The notes under the pieces were generated by a model that saw nothing but the letters and a program-made list of their open reading frames with translations, ran no database searches and was not told the origin of the DNA. Source: Chthoniobacteraceae bacterium (GTDB taxonomy: Bacteria; Verrucomicrobiota; Verrucomicrobiia; Chthoniobacterales; Chthoniobacteraceae). From it: DNA of 64,000 nt. Shown here piece after piece: positions 55,297 through 64,000 of the stretch. The stretch lies in NCBI GenBank assembly GCA_040081625.1, contig JBEBGD010000016.1:9938-73937 (forward strand), given 5' to 3'. Numbering within the stretch: the stretch's first letter is position 1; each line of letters starts with the position of its first letter. The translations under genes were made by a program, and so were the position numbers.

Positions 55297-56354
55297 TGCG
55301 GCGGCAACTTGGTCTCGAGCGCCACCTCCTCCTCCGCGAGCGCGTGCTCGATCTCGCGCACTTCGCTGCGGATTTCGCCCATGGGCGCGTGCTCGGTCGG
55401 GCGGTAGCAGGCATAGACGAGCGCGCCGACGAGGCCCCACGCGAGCAGCAGCAGGTAGCCCGACGACGAGATCGCCACGGCCACGGCGGCGGGCGCGCCG
55501 CACAGACCGCCGAAGAAGGTCTCGAAAAGCACCTCGCGCCAACCCACGCCGCCGATGCTGATCGGCAGGGCGGTGATGGTGCCGATGATGGGCATGATCG
55601 CGAAGAACTCGGCGGGCGTGGGGATCTTCATCGCCGCCGAGGCGAGCGCGCGGAGCGAGCAGTAGAAGACGCCGAAGTAGCCGGCGTGCGCGACCAGCGA
55701 GAGCACGAACGCCGCGAGCGCAGGACGCCACGCGCGGCCATACACGTTGTAGGCGAGCGCGAGGTCCGCGAGTTTGTCGCGCCCGGGCATTCGCGCGGGC
55801 AATCGGTGCACCAGCCCAAAGCCGGTGATGACGAAGGACGCCGCGATGAAGACAAGGCTCGCCGCGAGCACCGCGAGCGCGAGGTAAACCCAGTGCGGTG
55901 TGCCCGGCGCGCTCATGAGCCAGCTCCACTTCCACCCGATGAGCACGCCGGCGAAGACGATGAGCGCGAAGAGGCCGATGAGCCGGTCCACGATCACCGA
56001 AAGCAGCGCCTTGCCGCGGCGCCCCGGCGTTTCCTTCACGAGATAGAACATCTTCACCGCATCGCCGCCGGTGCCGCCGGGGATGAAGAAGTTGAAGAAG
56101 ACGCCGATCATCGTGAGCCCGAGCACGCGGCGGAAGGAGAGGTGGATTTCCTGCACGCGGAGGAGGCACTGCCAGCGCGCGGCGGCGAGCACTTCGACGA
56201 AGCCGTAGCCCGCGAGGCCGATGAGCAGCCACGTCGCATCCGCGCGCAGAAGCGTCGCGCCGATTTCCGCGCGCTTGACCGGGTCGCGAAAGACCCACCA
56301 GAGCACGGCGCCGGTGATGAGGAGCTGGAAGACGGTGACGAGGACGCGCTTCAC
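55293..56354 (-). CDS. lysylphosphatidylglycerol synthase TM-like (UPF0104) membrane protein
   Basis: FFNFFIPGGTGGDAVK, DRLIGL, LPISIGGVGWRE. Confidence 0.85.
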   Translation of the reverse strand: MKRVLVTVFQLLITGAVLWWVFRDPVKRAEIGATLLRADATWLLIGLAGYGFVEVLAAARWQCLLRVQEIHLSFRRVLGLTMIGVFFNFFIPGGTGGDAVKMFYLVKETPGRRGKALLSVIVDRLIGLFALIVFAGVLIGWKWSWLMSAPGTPHWVYLALAVLAASLVFIAASFVITGFGLVHRLPARMPGRDKLADLALAYNVYGRAWRPALAAFVLSLVAHAGYFGVFYCSLRALASAAMKIPTPAEFFAIMPIIGTITALPISIGGVGWREVLFETFFGGLCGAPAAVAVAISSSGYLLLLAWGLVGALVYACYRPTEHAPMGEIRSEVREIEHALAEEEVALETKLPPQ

Positions 56355-56365
56355 GGGTTGGGCGC

Positions 56366-57277
56366 TCAGCCCCCGAACTTCTCCACCCACTTCGTCCTGC
56401 CTTCGCCGATCTCCTCGACGGTGCGGCGCGGGCTCATCTCGAGGACGAAGAGCATCCCCGGCGGGATGAGTGGCATCAGTTCGTCGTAATTGATGTCGCC
56501 CGCGAACGGCGGCATGTGGTCGCGGCCCGGCCACTGCGTGTCGTGCAAGTGGCAGCCGATCAGCCGCGGCGCGACCTGCTCGAGCCATTCGCGGTGATCG
56601 AGGAAGCCGAGATTGTGCTTCACCTGCACGTGGCCGAAGTCGTGCCAGTAGCCGATGGCGGGCTCGTTGAATTCATCGAGCACGTCGAGCATCTCGGTTT
56701 CGTTCGGGATCTCCTCGTAGGAGTGGCGGCTCTCGACGCCGAGCTTCACGCCTTTCTCCGCCGCGTAGTCGGCGACGCGGCGCAGGGAGTCCTTCGCGCG
56801 GCGCAGATATGGCGGCACGTCCAGTTCGCGCCGCTGCACGCATTCGAGCTTCAACCGCACGAACTCCCGCGAATGGATCATCCCCACCTCGGCGAGCCGC
56901 ACCAGCTTCTCGGTGTAGTGATCGATCGAGGTGCGGCCGAGGTGCATGACGATGAACTTTGCGCCGAGCCGCACGGCGAAGTCGATCGTCTGGAAGCTGT
57001 GCCGCAGCGCCCGCTCGCGCTCGCGCTCGTCTGGCGAGGAGAGTTTGTAGCAGTCGGGCGAGGCGCGTGTGATCTCGACCGGCAGCGGGCAGAAGTTGTG
57101 GAGGCTGGTGAAGGTGCAGAGCCCTTTCTCGAGGGCGTGCAGCGCGCCTTCCATGAGCGACATGCGGATGCCGTGGCCGAGCTCGACGCGCGTGAACCCG
57201 AGATCGACGATCTCGCGGATCATCTCCTCTCCATCGGTGTGGCGGCCGGAATTCCAGCAGGTCGAAAAACTCAGCAT
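56366..57277 (-). CDS. sugar phosphate isomerase/epimerase (TIM barrel)
   Basis: VELGHG, SLHNFCP, LGVESR, WHDFGH, CHLHD, LEMSP. Confidence 0.85.
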   Translation of the reverse strand: MLSFSTCWNSGRHTDGEEMIREIVDLGFTRVELGHGIRMSLMEGALHALEKGLCTFTSLHNFCPLPVEITRASPDCYKLSSPDERERERALRHSFQTIDFAVRLGAKFIVMHLGRTSIDHYTEKLVRLAEVGMIHSREFVRLKLECVQRRELDVPPYLRRAKDSLRRVADYAAEKGVKLGVESRHSYEEIPNETEMLDVLDEFNEPAIGYWHDFGHVQVKHNLGFLDHREWLEQVAPRLIGCHLHDTQWPGRDHMPPFAGDINYDELMPLIPPGMLFVLEMSPRRTVEEIGEGRTKWVEKFGG

Positions 57278-57307
57278 CTCGGGTCGGGAAGGGTTTGGCG
57301 ACCCTGC

Positions 57308-59770
57308 CTATACCCGCACCGGCGCCAGCTTCCAGATGTCCTTCGCGTATTCGCGGATGGTGCGGTCGCTGGAGAATTTGCCGACGCGCGCCGTGTTCAG
57401 GATGGCCATGCGCGCCCAACGGGCGGGGTCGCGGAAGGCGGCATCGACCTGTAGCTGGCAGTCGCTGTAGGCGCGGAAGTCGGCGAGGCAGAGGAACGGA
57501 TCGTGGTTGACGAGATTCTCGCGCAGCAGGTTCAGGCAGCCGGGTTCGTCGCGGGTGAAGTAGTTCGACCCGATCCAATCGACGACCGTGCGCAGCTCGT
57601 CGTCGCCGTCGAGACACGCGCTCGGATGATAGCCGATCTTCCACAGCTCGTTCACTTCATCGACGGTGAGGCCGAAGATGAAGATGTTGTCGTCGCCGAC
57701 TTCCTCGCGGATCTCGACGTTCGCGCCGTCGAGCGTGCCGATGGTGAGCGAGCCGTTGAGCGCGAGCTTCATGTTGCCGGTGCCGCTGGCTTCCTTGCCG
57801 GCGGTGGAGATTTGCTCGGAGAGATCGGATGCGGGCACGATGCGCTGGGCGAGCGAGACGCGGTAGTTGGGCAGGAAGACGACCTTGAGCTTTTCGTTGA
57901 CGCGCTCGTCCGCGTTGATGTGCGCAGCGACGGCGTTGATCGCCTTGATGATGCACTTGGCGAGGTCGTAGCCGGGCGCGGCCTTCGCGGCGAAGATGAA
58001 GACGCGCGGAGCGACTTCGAGATCCGGGTTCTGCAGCAGCCTGCGATAGAGGGCGAGGATGTGCAGCAGGTTAAGGTGCTGCCGTTTGTATTCGTGCAGG
58101 CGCTTGATTTGCACGTCGAAGAGCGCCGCCGGGTTCACTTCGACTCCGCAGTGGTGCTTGATGATACGCGCGAGGTGGACCTTGTTCGCGTGCTTGACGG
58201 CCATGAAGTCGGCCTGGAATTGCGCGTCGTCCGCGAACGCCTCGAGCCCGCGCAGCTTGTCCAGGTCGCGCTCCCAGCCGGGGCCGATCTTGCTGGTGAT
58301 CAGCCCGCTCAGGCCGGGGTTGGCGGCGAGCAGCCAGCGGCGCGGTGTGATGCCGTTGGTCTTGTTGTTGAACTTGCCCGGGTAAAGCTCGTGGAACTCC
58401 GGGAAGAGGTCGCTCTTGATCAGGTCGGTGTGGATCGCCGCGACGCCATTGACGGAGAAGCCGCCGACGACCGAGAGGTTCGCCATGCGGACCATCTGCA
58501 CGTGGCCTTCCTCGATGATGGATAGCTTGCGCTTCTTCTCCACGTCGCCCGGCCACTGCGCCTCGACCTTCTCGAGGAAGCGCTTGTTGATCTCGAGGAT
58601 GAGCTGGAGATGCCGCGGCAGGAGCTTGGTGAAGAGCGCCACGCTCCAGCGCTCGAGCGCCTCGGGCAGCAGCGTGTGGTTCGTGTAGGCAAAGGTGCGC
58701 GCGACGATCCCCCACGCCTCATCCCATGCCATGCCCTCCTCGTCGTGCAGGATGCGCTGGAGCTCGACGATCGCTATGGCCGGGTGCGTGTCGTTGAGCT
58801 GGACGACGAGCTTCTCCGGCAGGTCGTGATAGTCATCGTTCTCCTTGCGGAAGCGCCGCAGCATGTCGCGCAGCGAGCAGGCCACGAAGAAATACTGCTG
58901 CACGAGCCGCAGCTCCTTTCCGCTGTCGGTCTTGTCGTTCGGGTAAAGAACCTTCGAGACCGTCTCGCCCATCGCCTTCTCATGCACGGCCTCGAGATAG
59001 CCACCGCGGTTGAACGCCTCGAGGTCGAACTCGGCGGACGCCTTGGATTCCCACAGGCGCAGGTAGTTGACCGTGTTCGTCCCGAAGCCGGGGATGGGGA
59101 TGTCGTAGGGGATGCCCACGAGCTTGCGCGTGCCGACCCAGCGCGGCACGTAGTTGCCGCGGTCGTCGAAGACATTCTCGACGTGCCCGTAGAGCTCGAT
59201 CTCGCAGCGATGCTCGGGGCGCACGATTTCCCACGGCGTGCCGAAGTCGAGCCACGCGTCGGGCAGCTCGATCTGGTGGCCGTTGCGGAACTCCTGCTTG
59301 AAGAGCCCGTATTGATAACGGATGCCGTAGCCGACCGCGGGCAGGTCGAGCGTCGCGAGCGAGTCGAGGAAGCACGCGGCCAGCCGCCCGAGGCCGCCAT
59401 TGCCGAGACCCATGTCGTATTCCTCGGTGCGCAGTTCCTCCGCATCGAGGCCGAGTTCGTTGAGCGCCTGCTCGACCTTCTCGAAGACCCCTGCGCTGTA
59501 GAGGCTGTTCGAGAAAAGCCGCCCCATGAGAAACTCCAGCGAGAGGTAATACACCCGCCGCGTATTGGTCGCGTGATGCGCCGCCTGCGTTGCGATCATC
59601 CGCTCGATGAGGATGCTCTGCACCGCCTTGGAAGTGGCGAGCCACCAGTCCCGCTTGCTGGCGGTCGTCGCGTCGCGCGCGAGGCTGAGCTTGAGGTGGC
59701 TTTGGATCATCGCCTTCAGCCCGGCCACTGAGAGATCCATACCCGTGGAAAAGGTCCCTGTTTCTTGCAT
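57308..59770 (-). CDS. glgP: glycogen/starch/alpha-glucan phosphorylase
   Basis: [48 protein letters not shown] (PLP lysine), FSSDRTI. Confidence 0.96.
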   Translation of the reverse strand: MQETGTFSTGMDLSVAGLKAMIQSHLKLSLARDATTASKRDWWLATSKAVQSILIERMIATQAAHHATNTRRVYYLSLEFLMGRLFSNSLYSAGVFEKVEQALNELGLDAEELRTEEYDMGLGNGGLGRLAACFLDSLATLDLPAVGYGIRYQYGLFKQEFRNGHQIELPDAWLDFGTPWEIVRPEHRCEIELYGHVENVFDDRGNYVPRWVGTRKLVGIPYDIPIPGFGTNTVNYLRLWESKASAEFDLEAFNRGGYLEAVHEKAMGETVSKVLYPNDKTDSGKELRLVQQYFFVACSLRDMLRRFRKENDDYHDLPEKLVVQLNDTHPAIAIVELQRILHDEEGMAWDEAWGIVARTFAYTNHTLLPEALERWSVALFTKLLPRHLQLILEINKRFLEKVEAQWPGDVEKKRKLSIIEEGHVQMVRMANLSVVGGFSVNGVAAIHTDLIKSDLFPEFHELYPGKFNNKTNGITPRRWLLAANPGLSGLITSKIGPGWERDLDKLRGLEAFADDAQFQADFMAVKHANKVHLARIIKHHCGVEVNPAALFDVQIKRLHEYKRQHLNLLHILALYRRLLQNPDLEVAPRVFIFAAKAAPGYDLAKCIIKAINAVAAHINADERVNEKLKVVFLPNYRVSLAQRIVPASDLSEQISTAGKEASGTGNMKLALNGSLTIGTLDGANVEIREEVGDDNIFIFGLTVDEVNELWKIGYHPSACLDGDDELRTVVDWIGSNYFTRDEPGCLNLLRENLVNHDPFLCLADFRAYSDCQLQVDAAFRDPARWARMAILNTARVGKFSSDRTIREYAKDIWKLAPVRV

Positions 59771-59825
59771 GAGCCCGCCTCTCGCGTCGGCTGAACGCGC
59801 TGACAAGCGGAAATCCCGCGACCGA

Positions 59826-59910
59826 TCTCTTACTCGTAATCCTAATCCTAATCTTACTCTCCCCGGCGCGGCATCGGATTAAGATTAAGAGTAGGATTAA
59901 GATTAAGAGA
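59826..59910. repeat. AT-rich hexamer-periodic imperfect inverted repeat
   Basis: TCTC TTACTC GTAATC CTAATC CTAATC TTACTC, a GC spacer, then GATTAA GATTAA GAGTAG GATTAA GATTAA GAGA. Confidence 0.75.
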
Positions 59911-60000
59911 GTGCGCCTCGCGCTGCCGCACTTGCCACCCGCCCGCCGCCTGCACACTGTCACCGCCGCGCGCCACCGCGCGTCTCCTTCCGCTTTACGA

Positions 60001-60774
60001 ATGACCGACGAGCCACCTTCCACGCCCGATGACGAGCCCGCGCGCGATCTCGCGCTCATGCTTCGGGTGAAGGCGGGCGACCCCGACGCCTTCGCGACGC
60101 TGGTGCGCGGCGTACAGCGCCCCGTCTACGGCCTGTGCCTGCGCCTGTTGCGCGACGGCCACGCCCGCTTCGGGCGCCAACTAGGCGACCCGGACGTTCT
60201 CGCCGCGCGGACCCGTGGGCCCCTGACCCCGCTCGAAGGTGACCGACTGTCCTTCGCGCAGCTCGTCGAACTCCACCAGCACCGCGTCGTCGGCACCGTC
60301 GCGAAGATGCTCGGCGAGGCCGCGGCGGATGCGGAGGACGTGGCGCAACTGGTCTTCGTGCGCGTGTGGCGTAGCGCCCCGCGGTGGGAGCCCACCGCGA
60401 AGTTCACCACCTGGCTCTTCACCATCCTGCGCAACCTCGTCTTCAACGAACTGCGCCGTCGCAAGCGCCATCTCACCTTCTCGCTCGACGAGCCCGCGCA
60501 CCCCGACGACCAGCGCCCGCGCGAAAAAGCCGACACGCAAACCAAGGCCCCCGACACCTCGATGCTCGACGAGGAAATGATGACCGCCATCCAGCGCGCC
60601 ATCGACGAACTGCCCGAGGCCCAGCGTCTCGCCGTCATCATGCGCCGCTACGACGAGACACCCTACGAGGAAATCGCCGAGGTGCTCGACCTGACCGTGC
60701 CCGCCGTGAAGAGCCTCCTCTTTCGCGCACGCACCGACTTGCGCGCGAAGCTCCAGCAGTATCTTGACCGATGA
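60001..60774 (+). CDS. ECF RNA polymerase sigma factor with a 54-aa in-frame insert
   Basis: DAEDVAQLVFVRVW, FTTWLFTI, LPEAQR, YEEIAEVL, VKSLLFRAR. Confidence 0.85.
   Translation: MTDEPPSTPDDEPARDLALMLRVKAGDPDAFATLVRGVQRPVYGLCLRLLRDGHARFGRQLGDPDVLAARTRGPLTPLEGDRLSFAQLVELHQHRVVGTVAKMLGEAAADAEDVAQLVFVRVWRSAPRWEPTAKFTTWLFTILRNLVFNELRRRKRHLTFSLDEPAHPDDQRPREKADTQTKAPDTSMLDEEMMTAIQRAIDELPEAQRLAVIMRRYDETPYEEIAEVLDLTVPAVKSLLFRARTDLRAKLQQYLDR
60181..60270 (-). pseudogene. 3' fragment of a cold-shock protein gene embedded antisense in the ECF gene
   Basis: FDELREGQSVTFERGQGPTGPRGENVRVA* resembles the CspA C-terminal half; the N-terminal KGFGFI/FVH part is absent. Confidence 0.7.
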
Positions 60775-61739
60775 AGACGACCCGTGCCGTGGTGATCGCA
60801 GCCGCCGGACAAGTGCAGTGCCAGGAGATCGCCCTGCCGCTGCTCGGCCATGAAGACGTGCTCGTGCGCATGGTCGCCGCGCCCATCCACCCCGCCGACC
60901 TCAACTCCATCGAGGGCAAATACCCCGGCGCCCCCAAGCCGCCCTACGTCGGCGGGCGCGAAGGCGCGGGCGTCGTCGAGGAGATCGGCGCCGAAGTCGC
61001 CACGCTCAATCCCGGCGACCTCGTCCTGCTGCCGAGCGCTGGTGGCGCGTGGCGCGAAAGAGGAGTCCACCACGCCGCCGACCTCGTCCCCGTTCCGAAG
61101 ATCATCCATCCCCTGCAAGCCGCGCTGCTGCGCATCAACCCCGGCACCGCGCTGCGGATGCTGCGCGACTTCGTGCCCCTGCTGCCCGGCGAGTGGCTCG
61201 CGCAGAATGCCGGCAACTCCGCGGTCGGCCGCGCCGTCATCCAGCTCGCGCACTACTTCGGCTGGCACACGCTGAACCTCGTCCGCGACCTCGACGCCGT
61301 GGACCCCGACGTGCTGAAGATCGGCGACATCTTCCTCGCCGACGACGGCAGCAGCGACGCGCCGCCGCTCCTCCACGCGCCGCGGCTCGCCTTCAACGCC
61401 GTCGGTGGCGAAAGTGCGCTGCGCCTCGCCAACGCCCTCTCCGAAGGCGGCACACTCGTCACCTACGGCGCCATGGCCCGCCGCCCCGTGAAGCTGCCGA
61501 ACAGCCTCCTCATCTTCCGCGACCTCCACGCGCGCGGCTTCTGGCTCACGCGCTGGAGCGGCCACGCCTCGCCCTCCACGCAGCAGGCCATGCTCGCCGA
61601 ACTCATCGGCCTCGCCGTCGCCGGCGTCCTGCGCTCGCACATCGAGACCACCTACCCGCTCGAAGCCTTCGCCGACGCCCTCGCCCACGCCGCGCGCCCG
61701 CGGCGGCAGGGGAAGATCCTCTTCGGCCCCGCGTCATGA
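60771..61739 (+). CDS. MDR-family 2-enoyl thioester reductase-like oxidoreductase
   Basis: APIHPADLNSIEGKY, GREGAG, INPGTA, QNAGNSAVG, VTYGAM, GFWL. Confidence 0.85.
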   Translation: MKTTRAVVIAAAGQVQCQEIALPLLGHEDVLVRMVAAPIHPADLNSIEGKYPGAPKPPYVGGREGAGVVEEIGAEVATLNPGDLVLLPSAGGAWRERGVHHAADLVPVPKIIHPLQAALLRINPGTALRMLRDFVPLLPGEWLAQNAGNSAVGRAVIQLAHYFGWHTLNLVRDLDAVDPDVLKIGDIFLADDGSSDAPPLLHAPRLAFNAVGGESALRLANALSEGGTLVTYGAMARRPVKLPNSLLIFRDLHARGFWLTRWSGHASPSTQQAMLAELIGLAVAGVLRSHIETTYPLEAFADALAHAARPRRQGKILFGPAS

Positions 61740-62353
61740 GGTGGCTCAAGCTCGCCCTCTTCCTCGGCGTCTTCGCGCTCCTCTTCCAGGCCGCCGACGT
61801 GTGGCACCGCTGGATGCTCAAGGCCCCGATCGAGCCCGCCGGCGGGCGCTACTTCTTCCGGCGTCTCGAGCTGAACGTCCCGCTCTTTCGCCAGAACGAC
61901 CCGCGCTGGGGCCGCGACCGGCTCGGCCCGACCGAAAACACCCTCGGCGCCGAAGGCTGTGCCCTCGCCTCCGCCGCGATGGTCCTCGCCAGCTACGGCA
62001 TCGACACCGACCCGCCGCGGCTCAACCGCTTCGTCAACAGCATCGACGGCTACACGCCCACCGGCTGGCTCTATTGGGAAGCCGCCGCCGCCATCGCCCC
62101 GGAGCGCGTCCAGCATGTCTATGAAGACCTGCCCAGCTACCGGCTCATCGACAGCCAGCTCGCCGCCGGCAACCCCGTCATCGTCCGCCTTCGCTATCCG
62201 CACGGCGTCACCCACTTCGTCGTCATCGCCGGCAAGCAAGGCTACGACTACCTCGTGCGCGACCCCGGCGCCGGCGCCAGCAAGGGCCTCTACCCGCTGC
62301 GCGAATTCGGCAGCCCCATCGAGGCCCTGCGCTACTACCGGCGGCTCGAGTAG
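61736..62353 (+). CDS. membrane-anchored C39-like papain-fold peptidase
   Basis: FRQNDPRW, GCALASAAM (Cys), THFVV (His), RDP (Asp). Confidence 0.8.
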   Translation: MRWLKLALFLGVFALLFQAADVWHRWMLKAPIEPAGGRYFFRRLELNVPLFRQNDPRWGRDRLGPTENTLGAEGCALASAAMVLASYGIDTDPPRLNRFVNSIDGYTPTGWLYWEAAAAIAPERVQHVYEDLPSYRLIDSQLAAGNPVIVRLRYPHGVTHFVVIAGKQGYDYLVRDPGAGASKGLYPLREFGSPIEALRYYRRLE

Positions 62354-62388
62354 CGGGAGTCGTTCGGCGAGTCGCTCCCGCGCCCCGG

Positions 62389-62811
62389 CTATGTCCGCTT
62401 CGTCTCGGTGAGCATCTCGTTGATCTTGTCCTCGATCTCCTGAATCACCGGGTCGCTGCTGCCGAGGCTCAGCGCGGCCACCCCGATCGGATTGCGCGCC
62501 GTCCCGGCGATGGCGTCGTCGAGATCCGAGCGCGACACCTCGCCCTGCGCGCCCGTCTCGCCCTGGATGCCCTGCCCGCCATCCGTGCCGGGCGTCCCGG
62601 CGGGGATGCCCACGCTGAAGTGCAACACATTGCCCACGAGACTCACCTCGAAGCTCGGCGGAGCGCCCGGCGGCAGCCCCGTCACCCCATCGATCACCAC
62701 CGAGAGCGGCAGCGTCGCGTCGATCTTGTCGTTGAGCCCATTGAATTGCGCGCGCAGCACCGCCGCCTTCACATTCGCCGCATCAGGCGGCAGAGTCGGA
62801 TCGAACGCCAT
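62389..62811 (-). CDS. hypothetical protein with a short collagen-like G-x-x segment
   Basis: MAFDPTLP...LRAQFNGL; GTPGTDGGQGIQGETGAQGEV; C-terminal helix. Confidence 0.7.
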   Translation of the reverse strand: MAFDPTLPPDAANVKAAVLRAQFNGLNDKIDATLPLSVVIDGVTGLPPGAPPSFEVSLVGNVLHFSVGIPAGTPGTDGGQGIQGETGAQGEVSRSDLDDAIAGTARNPIGVAALSLGSSDPVIQEIEDKINEMLTETKRT

Positions 62812-62814
62812 GGC

Positions 62815-63897
62815 CTAGAGCGGTTCTGCGATGGTGATCATCCGCACCGCGCTCGTCGTCGTGCCGGTGCTGTTGGTCGCCTTCGTGCGCACCTTCACCA
62901 CCTGCCCGACCGTGAACGGCCCGAACGTATTCCCACTCGGATCGATCGGCACCGTGTGGCCGAAGTCCGCGTCCACCCCCTCGACCATGTATTCGATCTC
63001 CCTGGTCGTCGCGTGATCGCCGCCGCCGGCCTCGGTCATCGCCAGCACATGCAGCCCATCTTCGCCGCCCTGCTCGAGCGGCTGGAGATCGATCGGGTCC
63101 GGCAGCGGCGTGCCCTGCTCGGTCGGGATCTGATCCAGCGCCAGATACTCCTCGGTGCCGGGATCGAACGTATTCTTCGCCACCTTATACCAGTTCTTCG
63201 CGAGCTGATCGCCCTTGCGATTGAGCGTGCGCAAGTCCCCCCGCTTCTTGTTGAGCATCGCCTCCTTGTCGTCGCTCGTCTGCGTCACATCCGTATAGCC
63301 ATCCAGCAGCGCCTTGAGCATCGCCGCCGTCTGCGGCACGCCCTGGATCGGCCGCGTGATCGGCCCCGCCGGCGTCGGCAGCGCCGCGAGCGCCGCATTC
63401 GCCCGCACCCAGATCGGGTAAAGCGCACGCGCCCGCGCGAGGATCGTCGGCTCCGAACGCGGCACGATCCGGAACACATCATCGAGATCGTCCTGAATGC
63501 CCGAATCCCCCGCCACCTGCGCATCGACGATCTGCGCCACCTTCGTGCCGAGGATCTTCATCTTCAGCAGCGCCGTCTTCACGCCGCGCACGGCCTCGTC
63601 GTGATCATCCTGCGCCGTCGTGCGCGCCTGAGCGGCGGGCTCGAACTGCGCGATCAGGTCGGCGAGATCATCCGGCCCGAGACCGCCGACGGTGAGCGTC
63701 GGCGCATGTTGATTCCAAACCGCGAGCGTCTTCTGGTCGCGGTCCTTGGTATGTTCCCAGTATTCCATAGCAGTGGTTCCCAGCGGAGGGAGCGTTTGAT
63801 TTTGCGGTGGTGAAACCGGCGGATGACCGAGCCCGGGATCATCATAGAAAATTGCTGGGTCATCGAAATGCACCAACGGATCGTCGTAGTATGGCAT
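62815..63897 (-). CDS. hypothetical helical protein with a C-terminal Fn3-like beta domain (alternative start 63768)
   Basis: N-terminal (Y/F)DDP x3; helical core; C-terminal VKVRTKATNSTGTTTS; 3-nt gap to the next gene. Confidence 0.7.
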   Translation of the reverse strand: MPYYDDPLVHFDDPAIFYDDPGLGHPPVSPPQNQTLPPLGTTAMEYWEHTKDRDQKTLAVWNQHAPTLTVGGLGPDDLADLIAQFEPAAQARTTAQDDHDEAVRGVKTALLKMKILGTKVAQIVDAQVAGDSGIQDDLDDVFRIVPRSEPTILARARALYPIWVRANAALAALPTPAGPITRPIQGVPQTAAMLKALLDGYTDVTQTSDDKEAMLNKKRGDLRTLNRKGDQLAKNWYKVAKNTFDPGTEEYLALDQIPTEQGTPLPDPIDLQPLEQGGEDGLHVLAMTEAGGGDHATTREIEYMVEGVDADFGHTVPIDPSGNTFGPFTVGQVVKVRTKATNSTGTTTSAVRMITIAEPL

Positions 63898-64000
63898 CGC
63901 GGGTCCGGCAGCAGCCGGGGTTGTGGCGACCTTGTGACGAGTTCCGCCACGAATGGGAAGCACAATCGAGAGAAAAAGTTGTGGTGGTTTCCCCCATCGC

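Noticed and set aside
2547..59806. Long N-terminal extensions in the ORF track (e.g. 2547, 7395, 14604, 30686, 55414, 56298, 56588)
   Set aside because: They overlap neighbouring genes; starts were reassigned using signal peptides, family N-termini and stop/start overlaps.
59826..59910. CRISPR array, or a coding LILIL/KIRIR peptide
   Set aside because: No repeat-spacer structure and no cas genes; the peptide pattern is just the translated hexamer repeat.
62353..62381. GCGGGAG...CTCCCGC hairpin as a terminator
   Set aside because: Only a 7-bp clean stem in GC-rich DNA and no U-tract; too weak to call.
61736..63897. C39 peptidase plus neighbours as a RiPP/bacteriocin cluster
   Set aside because: No ABC transporter fusion, modifying enzymes or double-glycine precursor; the neighbouring genes are convergent.

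Overview
High-GC bacterial chromosomal window. Gene content (PVC-type heme/propeller dehydrogenases, PEP-CTERM beta-strand-repeat proteins, long LacI regulator, Deg2-like proteases) suggests Verrucomicrobiota, probably Chthoniobacterales; this is an inference. The dominant feature is a ~27 kb alpha-glucan (starch/glycogen) utilisation locus at 9386-36775, beside tRNA-Ala(GGC). It holds a secreted GH13, two tandem maltose-type MFS transporters, a LacI regulator, a PEP-CTERM surface protein and a translationally coupled 17.8 kb three-gene operon. The operon encodes a 2082-aa PQQ-type propeller/diheme cytochrome c/PA14 protein, a 2843-aa GH13 plus GH57-like fusion whose GH57 acid/base Asp appears to be Asn, and a 1013-aa GH13; all three end in a similar C-terminal domain. 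Other notable items: a 139-aa minimal SRAP/HMCES-like protein with a clamp-binding-like tail, an active plus catalytically dead HtrA/Deg pair, a LysM protein with a degenerate L,D-transpeptidase domain, an ECF sigma factor carrying a 162-bp in-frame mosaic insert that includes an antisense cold-shock gene fragment (possibly an assembly chimera), a VapBC module, a nonsense-disrupted TIGR01777 epimerase, hexamer-based inverted repeats, accA and glgP. No CRISPR array, rRNA, integrase or transposase was seen. All family calls come from motif reading, not database searches.
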